Source: an uncultured Clostridium sp. (GTDB taxonomy: Bacteria > Bacillota > Clostridia > Clostridiales > Clostridiaceae). Taken from it: a stretch of 64,000 nucleotides of DNA. The stretch lies in assembly GCF_900547475.1 (NCBI RefSeq), contig NZ_URGW01000019.1. The stretch is one strand, 5' to 3'. The position numbers were made by a program, and so were the translations under genes. Within the stretch, counting starts at the first letter, position 1, and the number at the start of each line of letters is the position of its first letter. This document shows, one piece after another, positions 10,108-19,947 of this stretch. The notes beneath the pieces are model-generated. The model was not told the origin of the DNA, did no database searches, and saw nothing but the letters and a program-made list of their open reading frames with translations.

Positions 10108-10216
10108 AAATGGTATTAAGATATACTGGGTGAATGGTTATATTTATCCGGTATTTTGTTTGTAGATTTAGAAAAAATAAATAAACATTAGCTTTATAGA
10201 TTTGAAGGGAAAGTAT

Positions 10217-10918
10217 ATGAAGAAAATATTAATAGTTGAAGATGAAGATAGTATAAGAGGTTTTTTAAAAATAAATTTAAAAAGAAATGGTTTTGAGGTT
10301 TTAGAAGCTGATAATGGAGAAGAGGGATTAAAAATATTAGATTTAGAAAATCCGGTTCTGATAATATTAGATGTTATGTTACCAGGTATAGATGGATTTG
10401 AAGTTTGTAAGAGAGCTAGAGAAAAAAAAGATAAGATAGGGATTATAATGTTAACTGCAAAAGGGCAGGATATGGACAAAATAATGGGCCTTGAATATGG
10501 CGCAGATGATTATATGGTGAAACCTTTTAATCCAATGGAGCTATTACTTAGAATAAAGGCTATATTAAGAAGAATTGGTGTAAATGATGAGAAAAAAGTC
10601 TTAAAAAATGGAATATTTACTGTGGATACATATGGGAAAAAGATATTTAAAGGTGATAAAGAGATTGATTTGACGCCAAAAGAATATTCAATTATAAAAT
10701 TATTTATAGAAAATCCTAATAGAGCTTTTTCAAGAGATGAGTTATTAGATTTAATTTGGGGAAAAGATTATTTTGCAGATTCTAAAATTATAGATGTGAA
10801 TATAAGAAGACTTAGAAGTAAAATAGAAGATTACTCATTTAAAGCAGGATATATAGAAACAATATGGGGATTTGGATATAGATGGAGAGGAGAAGCAGGT
10901 GAAGAGTATACGAAGTAA
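10217..10918 (+). CDS. OmpR/PhoB family response regulator
   Basis: Motifs IVEDE, LDVMLPGIDG, MLTAK, GADDYMVKPF; winged helix ending in ETIWGFGY. Confidence 0.96.
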   Translation: MKKILIVEDEDSIRGFLKINLKRNGFEVLEADNGEEGLKILDLENPVLIILDVMLPGIDGFEVCKRAREKKDKIGIIMLTAKGQDMDKIMGLEYGADDYMVKPFNPMELLLRIKAILRRIGVNDEKKVLKNGIFTVDTYGKKIFKGDKEIDLTPKEYSIIKLFIENPNRAFSRDELLDLIWGKDYFADSKIIDVNIRRLRSKIEDYSFKAGYIETIWGFGYRWRGEAGEEYTK

Positions 10919-12302
10919 ACTGTTGAAAAATTTTCTTATAGTTATAATATTAACAGTTGTAATATTAGATATATTAGCTTTACTATGTTTAAAGGGATAT
11001 TATTATAAAAATACTCAAGATACTTTAGTTAATCAATTAGAAGGATATATTAATTTTTATCAGAAGTACTTCTCTAACAATAAATTAATAGATAATATAT
11101 ATGAAAATATGGATGTCTTTTGGAATACAAATCAGGAGCAGATTGAGATATTAGATCCAAATGGGAAATTGTTAATGGATTCATATGGTATAAGAGATTC
11201 TTATCTTTTAACTACTCCTGACATTCAAAAGGCTAAGGAAGGAGAAGTTGGTGTATGGACTGGAGATGTAAGCAGCTATAATGACAAAATAATGGTAGTT
11301 TCTAAAGCAATTAAATCAAAGTTAGATCCCAATGAAACTATAGGTATAGTTAGGATTATTTTTTCATTAAAGGAGGTACATAAAGTAATAGACTCTTTTA
11401 GTGTATTATTTTTATTTATTTCAATAATTGTAATAGTATTAGGAATAATAATGAGTTTAATAATAGCTAAAGATATTGTATCTCCAATAAAAAAGATAAC
11501 AGATGTTGCAAGGGAAATGGCAAAGGGAAATTTAAATATTAGGAGTGATGTTACTGATAATATTGAAATTGCTCAATTGTCAAAAACTTTAAATTATATG
11601 GGATGTGAGGTTGAAAAGAGAGAAAAATTGAAAAATGAATTTATATCTTCAGTTTCACATGAATTAAGAACACCTTTAACATCAATCAAGGGGTGGGCTA
11701 TAACATTAAAGTATGATTGTAGTGATATGGATACAGTAGCTTTAGGACTTGATATTATTGAAAAAGAAAGTGATAGATTAACTGAGATGGTAGAAGAATT
11801 ATTAGATTTTTCTAAGCTTATAAATGGTGTTATTTCCTTAAATATAAAAGAGCATGATGTAAAAAGCTTTATTGAATATATTGAAAATTATATGAGGCCA
11901 AGAGCTGAGAGAGAAGGAAAAGAATTTAGTATAACTATAGATAAAAATGTTGGAAAAGGTTATTTTGATGAAAATAGGCTTAAACAAGTTTTAAGTAATA
12001 TTATAGATAATGCTTTTAAGTTTACCGAAGAAAATGGGAAAATAAGCTTAAACACTAAGGTTGAAGAAGAATATTTAGTGTTCAGAGTAAAGGATAATGG
12101 AAGTGGAATAAGTAGCAAAGATTTACCAAGGGTAAAAGATAAATTTTATAAGGGGAAAAATAGCAAATCGAGAAATGGAATAGGTTTATCTATATGTGAT
12201 GAAATAGTAACTTTGCATAGAGGAATTTTAGAAATTATAAGCAAAGAAAATGAAGGAACAGAAATAATAATTAAAATTCCTTTAAATCAAGGAGAGACAT
12301 AA
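10899..12302 (+). CDS. HAMP-domain sensor histidine kinase
   Basis: Two TM segments, HAMP, H-box SHELRTPLT, N-box NIIDNAFKF, DNGSG and GIGL boxes; GTG start after GAGGAG, overlapping the regulator. Confidence 0.95.
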   Translation: MKSIRSKLLKNFLIVIILTVVILDILALLCLKGYYYKNTQDTLVNQLEGYINFYQKYFSNNKLIDNIYENMDVFWNTNQEQIEILDPNGKLLMDSYGIRDSYLLTTPDIQKAKEGEVGVWTGDVSSYNDKIMVVSKAIKSKLDPNETIGIVRIIFSLKEVHKVIDSFSVLFLFISIIVIVLGIIMSLIIAKDIVSPIKKITDVAREMAKGNLNIRSDVTDNIEIAQLSKTLNYMGCEVEKREKLKNEFISSVSHELRTPLTSIKGWAITLKYDCSDMDTVALGLDIIEKESDRLTEMVEELLDFSKLINGVISLNIKEHDVKSFIEYIENYMRPRAEREGKEFSITIDKNVGKGYFDENRLKQVLSNIIDNAFKFTEENGKISLNTKVEEEYLVFRVKDNGSGISSKDLPRVKDKFYKGKNSKSRNGIGLSICDEIVTLHRGILEIISKENEGTEIIIKIPLNQGET

Positions 12303-12303
12303 T

Positions 12304-13764
12304 ATGAATAAAAAATTTTTGATAGTATTCTCTCTTGTTATAATATTATTTTTCGTGTATAAATCAAAGGTTAGTAACGATGAAAGCAATGATATTTTTA
12401 ACTTTACTGGGACATGGAGAATTGATTCAGTAGAACAATTAGGAGAGAAAGATGATAGTGATGAAGAGAATAATTCTTTTATTGGAGAGGAAATAAAATT
12501 AGGTAATAATAAAATTAATATTGCAGATAATTATAAATCTAATATTCATTATAAGTTAAAGGCTGTTGAGGGAGAATATATTATTTCCTATGAGAAAAAC
12601 TTGACTATGAATACTTTTATGAATGGAAGAGAGACAGTAGATTTAATATCTATTATTGATAAAAATCAAATAATAGGTGAATTCTTTTTAAATTCTGATA
12701 CTGAGATGATATTTTTATATAAAAGTAGTTTGTTTAAATTAAGTAAAATAAATGAAAATACTAATTTTGATGATGTTAAAAATACAAATTCTATAGGAAA
12801 TCAAACTGGCGAAGAGCATGTTGATGTAAAAGAGGGAGTTATGTTAGGAATTAAAACTCCAGGTAAAAAGATTGATGATGGAGTGTATAGTAGCGATGAG
12901 TATAGGACTTTATGGATATCTCATGATAACTGGAAAATAGGAAGTATCTATGAAAAACCTAATATTATTTTTCCAAGATTAAATGGAATATGGAAGTTAG
13001 AAGTAAATCAAAAGAATATGAATGGTTTTGAATATGATGAATTTCAAGTAGGAAAATATGATGAAAAAGTAGGAAATAATACAGTTGAATATTTAATTTT
13101 AGATAAAAGTGAATATAAAACTATAAAATTTGTTGGAAATGATTATATAGCGATAGGAAAATATGAAGGGAATTCTTTTGAAGGGAATTATCCGATTTAT
13201 CAAATAATACCTATAAATAACATTAATATTAAAAATGGACTACAAACAGATGAAATATTTATTGGTTCTGAAAAAGAAAAATATTTAGAAGAATTTCAAA
13301 ATAAAATTAATAGTTTATCTAAAGAGCAAATTGATAAATTAAATATTTCTTCAATAGATTACAATAATTTAGCTATTGAAAGAAGTGTAGGTCGATGGAG
13401 ATTTGTTGCAAATTTGTTGCCAAAGGATATGAGTGATGCAGGAGAAAGCTTTAAAATCTCAATACTGCCGGATAGTAGATTTATAAATTATAATTCTCTT
13501 TATATATCATGGAAGACTCTAAAGCAACAATTAGGATTTTTTAAAGATGCATTTATATCTCCCTTATGCAATATTATATTAGTTCAATTTGATAGCTATA
13601 TAGCAATTTATAAAATAGAAAATGGGAATCTAATAACAGAGCCTTTAGTTACAATTCCTATAGGTGAAGATGATGAAATAATAATGTCGGAGTGGTGTAG
13701 TGGAAGCTATGTAGAACAATGGGAAAAAGCTTTTATTGATGGTGAGTTAATAATAGGGGATTAA
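12304..13764 (+). CDS. exported/membrane-anchored hypothetical protein, third gene of the TCS operon
   Basis: 486-aa ORF with an N-terminal hydrophobic segment; starts 1 nt after the kinase stop codon. Confidence 0.8.
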   Translation: MNKKFLIVFSLVIILFFVYKSKVSNDESNDIFNFTGTWRIDSVEQLGEKDDSDEENNSFIGEEIKLGNNKINIADNYKSNIHYKLKAVEGEYIISYEKNLTMNTFMNGRETVDLISIIDKNQIIGEFFLNSDTEMIFLYKSSLFKLSKINENTNFDDVKNTNSIGNQTGEEHVDVKEGVMLGIKTPGKKIDDGVYSSDEYRTLWISHDNWKIGSIYEKPNIIFPRLNGIWKLEVNQKNMNGFEYDEFQVGKYDEKVGNNTVEYLILDKSEYKTIKFVGNDYIAIGKYEGNSFEGNYPIYQIIPINNINIKNGLQTDEIFIGSEKEKYLEEFQNKINSLSKEQIDKLNISSIDYNNLAIERSVGRWRFVANLLPKDMSDAGESFKISILPDSRFINYNSLYISWKTLKQQLGFFKDAFISPLCNIILVQFDSYIAIYKIENGNLITEPLVTIPIGEDDEIIMSEWCSGSYVEQWEKAFIDGELIIGD

Positions 13765-13862
13765 AATTAATTTTAAATATTCATGAAATTATATTGTTAA
13801 GATTTATAAAAAACAATATATTACAGAATGAGAAAAAATTTTTAGTAAAGTTTATAAAAGTA

Positions 13863-13890
13863 TTGTAAAAAATAATATATGTGGTATAAT
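13863..13890 (+). promoter_or_regulatory. sigma-A promoter of the zinc-ribbon gene
   Basis: TTGTAA at 13863-13868 and extended -10 TGGTATAAT at 13882-13890. Confidence 0.55.
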
Positions 13891-14007
13891 TAAGAAGAAG
13901 TCAAATTTTGACTAGTTAAAAGATTTAAAGTAGATTAATAAAATTTCTCCTATTTAAGAGATATGTTATTAACCATGATAAATCTTAAGAAAATGGAGGA
14001 ATTTATA

Positions 14008-14166
14008 ATGGCAGATAAAACTATCGTATGCAGAGACTGCGGAAAAGAATTTTTATTTACTGAAGGGGAACAAGCTTTCTACAAAGAAAAAGGCTTTGAT
14101 AACGAACCAGTAAGATGCGTTGATTGCAGAAGAGCAAGAAAAGCTCAACAAAACAACAGAAAGTAA
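14008..14166 (+). CDS. small CxxC-CxxC zinc-ribbon protein (zf-trcl-like)
   Basis: MADKTIVCRDCGKEFLFTEGEQAFYKEKGFDNEPVRCVDCRRARK; RBS GGAGG; codon usage rich in C-ending codons. Confidence 0.9.
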   Translation: MADKTIVCRDCGKEFLFTEGEQAFYKEKGFDNEPVRCVDCRRARKAQQNNRK

Positions 14167-14176
14167 TTGAAATTAT

Positions 14177-14209
14177 AAGATTGTAAGAATTTTTCTTACA
14201 ATCTTTTTT
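14177..14209 (+). terminator. Rho-independent terminator
   Basis: 13-bp stem AAGATTGTAAGAA / TTCTTACAATCTT with a T tail. Confidence 0.8.
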
Positions 14210-14375
14210 GATATATAAAAATATTTTTTCATTTGAATTTTTAGATTATATCTATAAAGAAATAAGATAAATATAAATATATAGTTAACTATTATAAAAC
14301 AGACTACATAAATTATAGAAAATATGGTAAAATAAGAAAGTTAGAAGCGATCCAACATATTAGGAGGCGGTAAGA

Positions 14376-15572
14376 ATGGATAAAAATAAGAAGAAAAATG
14401 AGAAAAAGAAGAAAAGATATTCATTAAGAAATAGAATAATAGCTTCAGCTATATTTATGATACTTGCTGTTGTTGTTGGAGTGAGTATAGGATATTATAG
14501 TTACGTGAAAAGTAAAATATATACAGAGCCAAATGAAATAGAAGTTAAGACTGTAGAGAAGAAAAATGAAGAAGAAGTGGATTATAAGGAAGTTGATGGT
14601 ATTACTAATGTATTATTAGTTGGAACAGATGCAAGGGATTTAAAGGAAAGTGCTAGAGCAGACTCTATTATAATTGCAACTTTAGATAATAATAAGAAAG
14701 AAATAAGATTAACCTCCTTATTTAGAGATACCCTAGTTAATATTGAGGGATATGGACCTTATAAGTTGAATGCAGCTATGGCTTTTGGTGGAATAAATTT
14801 ATTAAAGAATACAATACAAGAAACATATAATATAAGTATAGATAAATATATAATAATAAATTTTTGGGGATTTGAAGCTATAATTGATCAAATGGGTGGA
14901 TTAGAAATTGATGTTAAAGATTATCAATTGGATGAATTAAATAAGTATATAGGGGAGTCTACAGGAGGAAATGATTGTCCTGTTACAGACAGTGGATTGC
15001 AAGTGTTAAATGGAAAACAGGCTTTATCTTATGCAAGAATAAGAAAAGGTGTAGGAGATGAATTTGAGAGAACTGAAAGACAAAGAGAGGTGTTATTTAA
15101 GGTTGCTGAAAAGTTAAGAAAAACAAAACCAACAAAATATTTTGAGATTATGAATAGTATGCTTGATTATATAAATACTAATATAGATATCTTAGATGCT
15201 TTAAATATGGCATATACAATTTATAAATTTCCAAGTTTAGAGACAAAACAAGTTCATATACCAGTTACAGAATTAGCTAGTGATATGAATTATGGCGGAG
15301 AAGTTGGATGGGTATTTATAATGGATAGAGAGCAAAATACAGAGATTTTGAATGATTTCATATTTAATGGTATAGAGCCAGATGAAAGTAAATTTGATTA
15401 TAATTCTTTAAGCGAAGCACTTAATGAATATAAAACAGGTGAATGGATTTATAACTATGAAAGTGATTATAAAAATAGTACTTCAAATAATAGTATAGAT
15501 TATGAAAAAAATAAAAAGAATAATGAATCATATGAAGATGATGATGAATATATTAATGGAGAATGGGAATAA
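14376..15572 (+). CDS. LytR-CpsA-Psr (LCP) family cell-wall glycopolymer ligase
   Basis: Basic N-terminus plus TM; motifs NVLLVGTD, RADSII, SLFRDT, KLNAA, ALSYARIR, DEFERTERQ. Confidence 0.93.
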   Translation: MDKNKKKNEKKKKRYSLRNRIIASAIFMILAVVVGVSIGYYSYVKSKIYTEPNEIEVKTVEKKNEEEVDYKEVDGITNVLLVGTDARDLKESARADSIIIATLDNNKKEIRLTSLFRDTLVNIEGYGPYKLNAAMAFGGINLLKNTIQETYNISIDKYIIINFWGFEAIIDQMGGLEIDVKDYQLDELNKYIGESTGGNDCPVTDSGLQVLNGKQALSYARIRKGVGDEFERTERQREVLFKVAEKLRKTKPTKYFEIMNSMLDYINTNIDILDALNMAYTIYKFPSLETKQVHIPVTELASDMNYGGEVGWVFIMDREQNTEILNDFIFNGIEPDESKFDYNSLSEALNEYKTGEWIYNYESDYKNSTSNNSIDYEKNKKNNESYEDDDEYINGEWE

Positions 15573-15614
15573 GTCAATATAAAACTTAATTGAGAAGTTG
15601 TAATGAAACATTAG

Positions 15615-15659
15615 AAATTAAAGATAAAATAAGGGGAAAACTTATTTTATCTTTAATTT
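15615..15659. terminator. long hairpin / terminator after the LCP gene
   Basis: 19-bp perfect stem 15615-15633 / 15641-15659 with loop GGGAAAA. Confidence 0.65.
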
Positions 15660-15803
15660 ATTATTGATATTAAGGTTAATATATGCAAAAAAGTTAGCTT
15701 AAGCTTGGGTAAAATATATATTTTTATGGGAATATATAAGAAAAAATAAAAAATTTATAGATATAAAAATAGATTTGGTATAAAATTATATTAAACATAT
15801 ATT

Positions 15804-15817
15804 TGGTAACGATTCCA
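15804..15817. promoter_or_regulatory. LacI-family operator (cre/MalR-like) upstream of the pullulanase gene
   Basis: TGGTAACGATTCCA, a pseudo-palindrome with central CG. Confidence 0.5.
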
Positions 15818-15864
15818 AAGTTATGTTTATCTAAAGTAAACTTAAATTAATGGGAGATGAGGAC

Positions 15865-17850
15865 ATGAGTAGAGAGTTAATATTTAATAATGAATTTGAA
15901 AGATTATATAACTATGATGGAGAACTAGGAGTATTATATTCAAAAGAAAAAAGTAAGTTTATTTTATGGGCACCAACAGCAGAAAAAGTTGATTTAGTGT
16001 TATATGGTGATGATGGATATGATTATAACTGTAAGCCGGTTAAAACTTACAATATGAATAATGGCATTAATGGAACTTGGATGGTAGAAATTAATGAAGA
16101 TTTAAATGGTCAATATTATAATTATTTAGTTACTATAGATGGAAAAGTTAATGAAGTTGTTGATCCATATGCTAAAGCAGTAGGTGTTAATGGTAAACGT
16201 GGGATGGTAATTGATTTGGATAGCACTAACCCAAAAGGTTGGGAAGAAGATGAAAAGCCAGAACTAAAGGCACCTACAGATTCTATAATATATGAGGCTC
16301 ATATAAGGGATTTAACTATAGATGAAACTTCAGGTATAAAGGATGAGTTTAAAGGCAAATTTAAAGGTCTTACTGAGAGTAATAGCTATATTCCAGAGAC
16401 TAATATAAGGACTGTAATAAATCATATTAAAAATATGGGCTTCACACATATTCATTTACTACCATCTTTTGATTATGCATCAGTAGATGAAACAAAATTT
16501 GATAAATCACAATTTAACTGGGGATATGATCCAGAAAATTATAATGTTCCTGAAGGATCTTATTCAACAAATCCATATTTAGGTGATGTTAGAATAAGAG
16601 AGTTTAAGGAGATGATAAAGGCTTTACATGAGGCTGGAATAAGAGTGGTTATGGATGTAGTTTATAACCATACTTTTAGTTTAGATTCATGTTTAAATAA
16701 AGCTGTTCCTAAATATTACTATAGACAAGACGAAAAAGGAAATTATAGCAATGCTTCAGCTTGTGGTAATGAAACAGCTTCAGATAGGTATATGTTTAGA
16801 AGATACATGATAGATTCAGTAGTATATTGGGCTAAAGAATATCATATTGATGGATTTAGATTTGATTTAATGGGTATACATGATATAGAGACTATGAAGT
16901 TAATAAGAGAAGAATTAAATAAAATAGATCCAAGTATAATAGTCTATGGTGAAGGCTGGATGGGAGGTCCAAGTCCTTTAAAAGAAGATGATGCGGCTTT
17001 AAAGAAAAATACTTATAAATTTGGAGAATTACAAATAGCAGCTTTTAGTGATGATTGTAGAGATGGAGTGAAGGGGCATGTTTTCTATGAAAAAGAGGCG
17101 GGATTTGCTAATGGAAAGGATGGACTTGAAGAAACAATAAAATTTGCTATTGTTGCATCAACATCACATAAAGAAGTAGATAAAACTAATATAGTGTATT
17201 CAGATGGATTTTGGGCTAATGAACCTTATCAAACAGTAACTTATGCATCTGCACATGATAATTATACTTTATGGGATAAACTTCAAATAGTATCACCAGA
17301 AGCGAGTAAAGAAGAATTAATAAAAATTAATAAATTAATAGCTGGTATAATATTAACTTCACAAGGAATAACTTTTATACATGCTGGAGAAGAGATGGCA
17401 AGAACTAAGGTTGATGAAAATGGAAACCTAGTAGAAAACAGTTTTAATTCTTCTGATAAGGTAAATAAAATTTATTGGGATAGAAAAATTGAGTATAAGG
17501 ATTTAGTTGAATATTATAAGGGATTAATTGCATTAAGAAAAGAATATAAAGCTTTTAGAATGAATAGCAATAAAGAGATACAAAAAAACATTCATTTTCT
17601 AGAAAAAGGTAAAGATTTTGACGGTGATAATTTAGTTGCATATATAATAGATGCTAAGAATATAGATGATAAGTGTTCTAAAATAGCAGTTATAATAAAT
17701 GCAAATGAAACAGAAGAAAAAGTAAATCTTAAAGAAAAAGATTGGGGAGTATTTGTTAATAATGATAAATCAGGAAATGAAGTTATAGAAGTTTTAAATA
17801 GTGATATAGTTATCATTGCTCCAAAATCAATAAAGGTATTAATAAAATAA
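15865..17850 (+). CDS. pulA: type I pullulanase (GH13)
   Basis: Motifs LWAPTA, DPYAKA, IIYEAHIRD, FNWGYDPENY, MDVVYNH, DGFRFDLMG, YGEGW, AHDN; no signal peptide. Confidence 0.95.
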   Translation: MSRELIFNNEFERLYNYDGELGVLYSKEKSKFILWAPTAEKVDLVLYGDDGYDYNCKPVKTYNMNNGINGTWMVEINEDLNGQYYNYLVTIDGKVNEVVDPYAKAVGVNGKRGMVIDLDSTNPKGWEEDEKPELKAPTDSIIYEAHIRDLTIDETSGIKDEFKGKFKGLTESNSYIPETNIRTVINHIKNMGFTHIHLLPSFDYASVDETKFDKSQFNWGYDPENYNVPEGSYSTNPYLGDVRIREFKEMIKALHEAGIRVVMDVVYNHTFSLDSCLNKAVPKYYYRQDEKGNYSNASACGNETASDRYMFRRYMIDSVVYWAKEYHIDGFRFDLMGIHDIETMKLIREELNKIDPSIIVYGEGWMGGPSPLKEDDAALKKNTYKFGELQIAAFSDDCRDGVKGHVFYEKEAGFANGKDGLEETIKFAIVASTSHKEVDKTNIVYSDGFWANEPYQTVTYASAHDNYTLWDKLQIVSPEASKEELIKINKLIAGIILTSQGITFIHAGEEMARTKVDENGNLVENSFNSSDKVNKIYWDRKIEYKDLVEYYKGLIALRKEYKAFRMNSNKEIQKNIHFLEKGKDFDGDNLVAYIIDAKNIDDKCSKIAVIINANETEEKVNLKEKDWGVFVNNDKSGNEVIEVLNSDIVIIAPKSIKVLIK

Positions 17851-17947
17851 TAGATTAAATATATAAATAGAAGAATGTAACTTAATATGAAAATTAATTA
17901 GTTACATTCTGCGTTTTATTTTAAATTAATAAAAAGGGGTGAGGTTT

Positions 17948-18760
17948 ATGGGAATGAATATGATAGTTTATCAGATAGTTAATGAGTTTAAAAGATTAGG
18001 TGAAGTCGTTGCTATAACTTTAGCTGGATCATGTGCAACTGGTAGAAAGGATAATTCTTCAGATATTGATATAAATATAATTACAGAAAGGGATATATCC
18101 ATTGAAAAAAGAGAAAGTATTGTAAAAAAGTTTTCCGATTTGATGGAGATAAATAATAATTTTGGGGGAGTATCGGATGAATTTGTACTAAGAAATTCAT
18201 CAATACAAATTAAAATAGTTTATTTTAATTTGTATTGGTTGGAAGATAGATTAAAAAATATATTGGAAAAGCATAATGCATCTATTGGATATAGCACATG
18301 TTTTTGGCATAATGTAATTAATGCATTAATATTTTTTGATAAAAGGGAAAGATTCAAAGAACTTAAGGAAAAGTATACTATGAAATATCCAATAGAGCTT
18401 AAAAGAAATATAGTTAGTAAAAATTATCCTATATTAAAAAGAAATTTCTCATCATATTATAATCAAATAGAGAAAGCTATAAATAGAAATGATATAGTAA
18501 ATTTAAATAATAGGGTAGCTGCTTTTTTAGATAGTTATTTTGATATTATATTTGCTATAAATGAGATTCCACATCCAGGAGAAAAAAGGCTTTTAAGCAT
18601 AGTTAATATTATGTGTAAGAAGTTACCTAATAATGCATTAGCAGATATTGAGAAATTAATTGAAGATATTTCTAAATGTGATAATGTAATATTAGAAGAT
18701 ATTAATGAAATTGTTATTAAGTTAGATATAATTCTTAAAAGTGAAAATTTAATAAGTTGA
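17948..18760 (+). CDS. pol-beta-superfamily nucleotidyltransferase domain protein (DUF4037-like)
   Basis: LAGS-x9-DID motif near the N-terminus; C-terminal FAINE..HPGEKRL. The start could be 17939. Confidence 0.75.
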   Translation: MGMNMIVYQIVNEFKRLGEVVAITLAGSCATGRKDNSSDIDINIITERDISIEKRESIVKKFSDLMEINNNFGGVSDEFVLRNSSIQIKIVYFNLYWLEDRLKNILEKHNASIGYSTCFWHNVINALIFFDKRERFKELKEKYTMKYPIELKRNIVSKNYPILKRNFSSYYNQIEKAINRNDIVNLNNRVAAFLDSYFDIIFAINEIPHPGEKRLLSIVNIMCKKLPNNALADIEKLIEDISKCDNVILEDINEIVIKLDIILKSENLIS

Positions 18761-18770
18761 ATTGATAATG

Positions 18771-18799
18771 TTTACAATGATGGGTGATATTGTTATAAT
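18771..18799 (+). promoter_or_regulatory. sigma-A promoter of galM
   Basis: TTTACA, 17-bp spacer, TATAAT with TG extension; overlapped by a weak cre-like TGATAATGTTTACA (18763-18776). Confidence 0.55.
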
Positions 18800-18838
18800 T
18801 AATATGATATTATATAAACAGATTAATGGAGGGGCATA

Positions 18839-19900
18839 ATGAGAATACAAAGAGAAGAGCTTTTAAATAGAATTGATGGAAAAGAAGTTTATGTGTATAC
18901 ATTATATAATGAAAATACAAGTGTAAAAATAACAAACTATGGAGGTATTATATTATCATTAATTACACCAGATAAATTTGGAGCAAAAGATGATATTGTT
19001 TTAGGATATGATAATTTCGAAGACTATAAGACTACCACAACATATTTTGGTGCTATTATTGGACGTTGTGCTAATAGAATTGGAAAAGCAGAAATTGATG
19101 TAGATGGGATAAAGTATAAACTTGCTCAAAATGATGGTAACAATCATCTTCATGGTGGTGTTAAAGGCTTTAATAGAGTGGTTTGGGATTCTGAAGTTTT
19201 AAATGATAAAGATGGAGAGTATTTAAAGCTATCATACTTAAGTAAAGATGGTGAAGAAGAGTATCCAGGAAATTTAGAGGTTACTGTTGAATATAAGTTA
19301 ACAAAAGAAAATGAATTGATTATTAATTATTATGGGAAATGTGATAAAAGTACAGTTTTAAATTTAACTAATCATTCATATTTCAACTTAAAAGGTCATG
19401 CTTCAGGAGATGTATTAGATCATAGGGTTAGAATTTATGCAAAAAATATAACTACTGCAGATTCTGAAAGTATACCTACCGGTGAAATAAGAAATGTAGA
19501 AGGAACACCTATGGATTTTACTAATTTAAAGTGTATTGGAGCAGATATAGATAAAGAATATGATCAATTAATTAATGGGAATGGATATGATCATAACTGG
19601 ATTATTGATGAGTATACAGGAGATCTTAAAAAGGCTGCAGAAGTTATAGAGGATAATACTGGAAGGTTATTGGAGGTATTTACCACAAAGCCGGGAATAC
19701 AATTTTATACAGGTAATTTCTTAAATGGGAATGAAATTGGAAAAGGTGGAGTAAGGTATAAAAAGAGACAAGGATTGTGCCTTGAAACACAATATTTCCC
19801 AGATAGCTTACATCATTCAGGTTTTTCTAATGTAATATTAAAAGCTGGACAAGAATATAAACATACTACAATTTATAAAATGAGCACTGTTAATAAATAA
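18839..19900 (+). CDS. galM: aldose 1-epimerase (galactose mutarotase)
   Basis: Motifs GRCANRI, NHLHGG, NLTNHSYFNL, GYDHN, QFYTGNFL, CLETQ. Confidence 0.96.
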   Translation: MRIQREELLNRIDGKEVYVYTLYNENTSVKITNYGGIILSLITPDKFGAKDDIVLGYDNFEDYKTTTTYFGAIIGRCANRIGKAEIDVDGIKYKLAQNDGNNHLHGGVKGFNRVVWDSEVLNDKDGEYLKLSYLSKDGEEEYPGNLEVTVEYKLTKENELIINYYGKCDKSTVLNLTNHSYFNLKGHASGDVLDHRVRIYAKNITTADSESIPTGEIRNVEGTPMDFTNLKCIGADIDKEYDQLINGNGYDHNWIIDEYTGDLKKAAEVIEDNTGRLLEVFTTKPGIQFYTGNFLNGNEIGKGGVRYKKRQGLCLETQYFPDSLHHSGFSNVILKAGQEYKHTTIYKMSTVNK

Positions 19901-19905
19901 TAAAT

Positions 19906-19947
19906 AAAAATGACTAAGAGAGAATTCTACTCCTTAGTCATTTTTTT
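19906..19947 (+). terminator. galM terminator overlapping the end of zur
   Basis: 13-bp stem AAAAATGACTAAG / CTTAGTCATTTTT. Confidence 0.7.

Noticed and set aside
13963..14007. 15-aa N-terminal extension of the zinc-ribbon ORF given in the track
   Set aside because: The strong GGAGG RBS precedes the ATG at 14008; the upstream part is better read as a structured leader.
15615..15659. Second C-loop sRNA candidate (minus-strand loop UUUUCCC)
   Set aside because: Adequately explained as the LCP terminator; only one C-run and no convincing minus-strand promoter.
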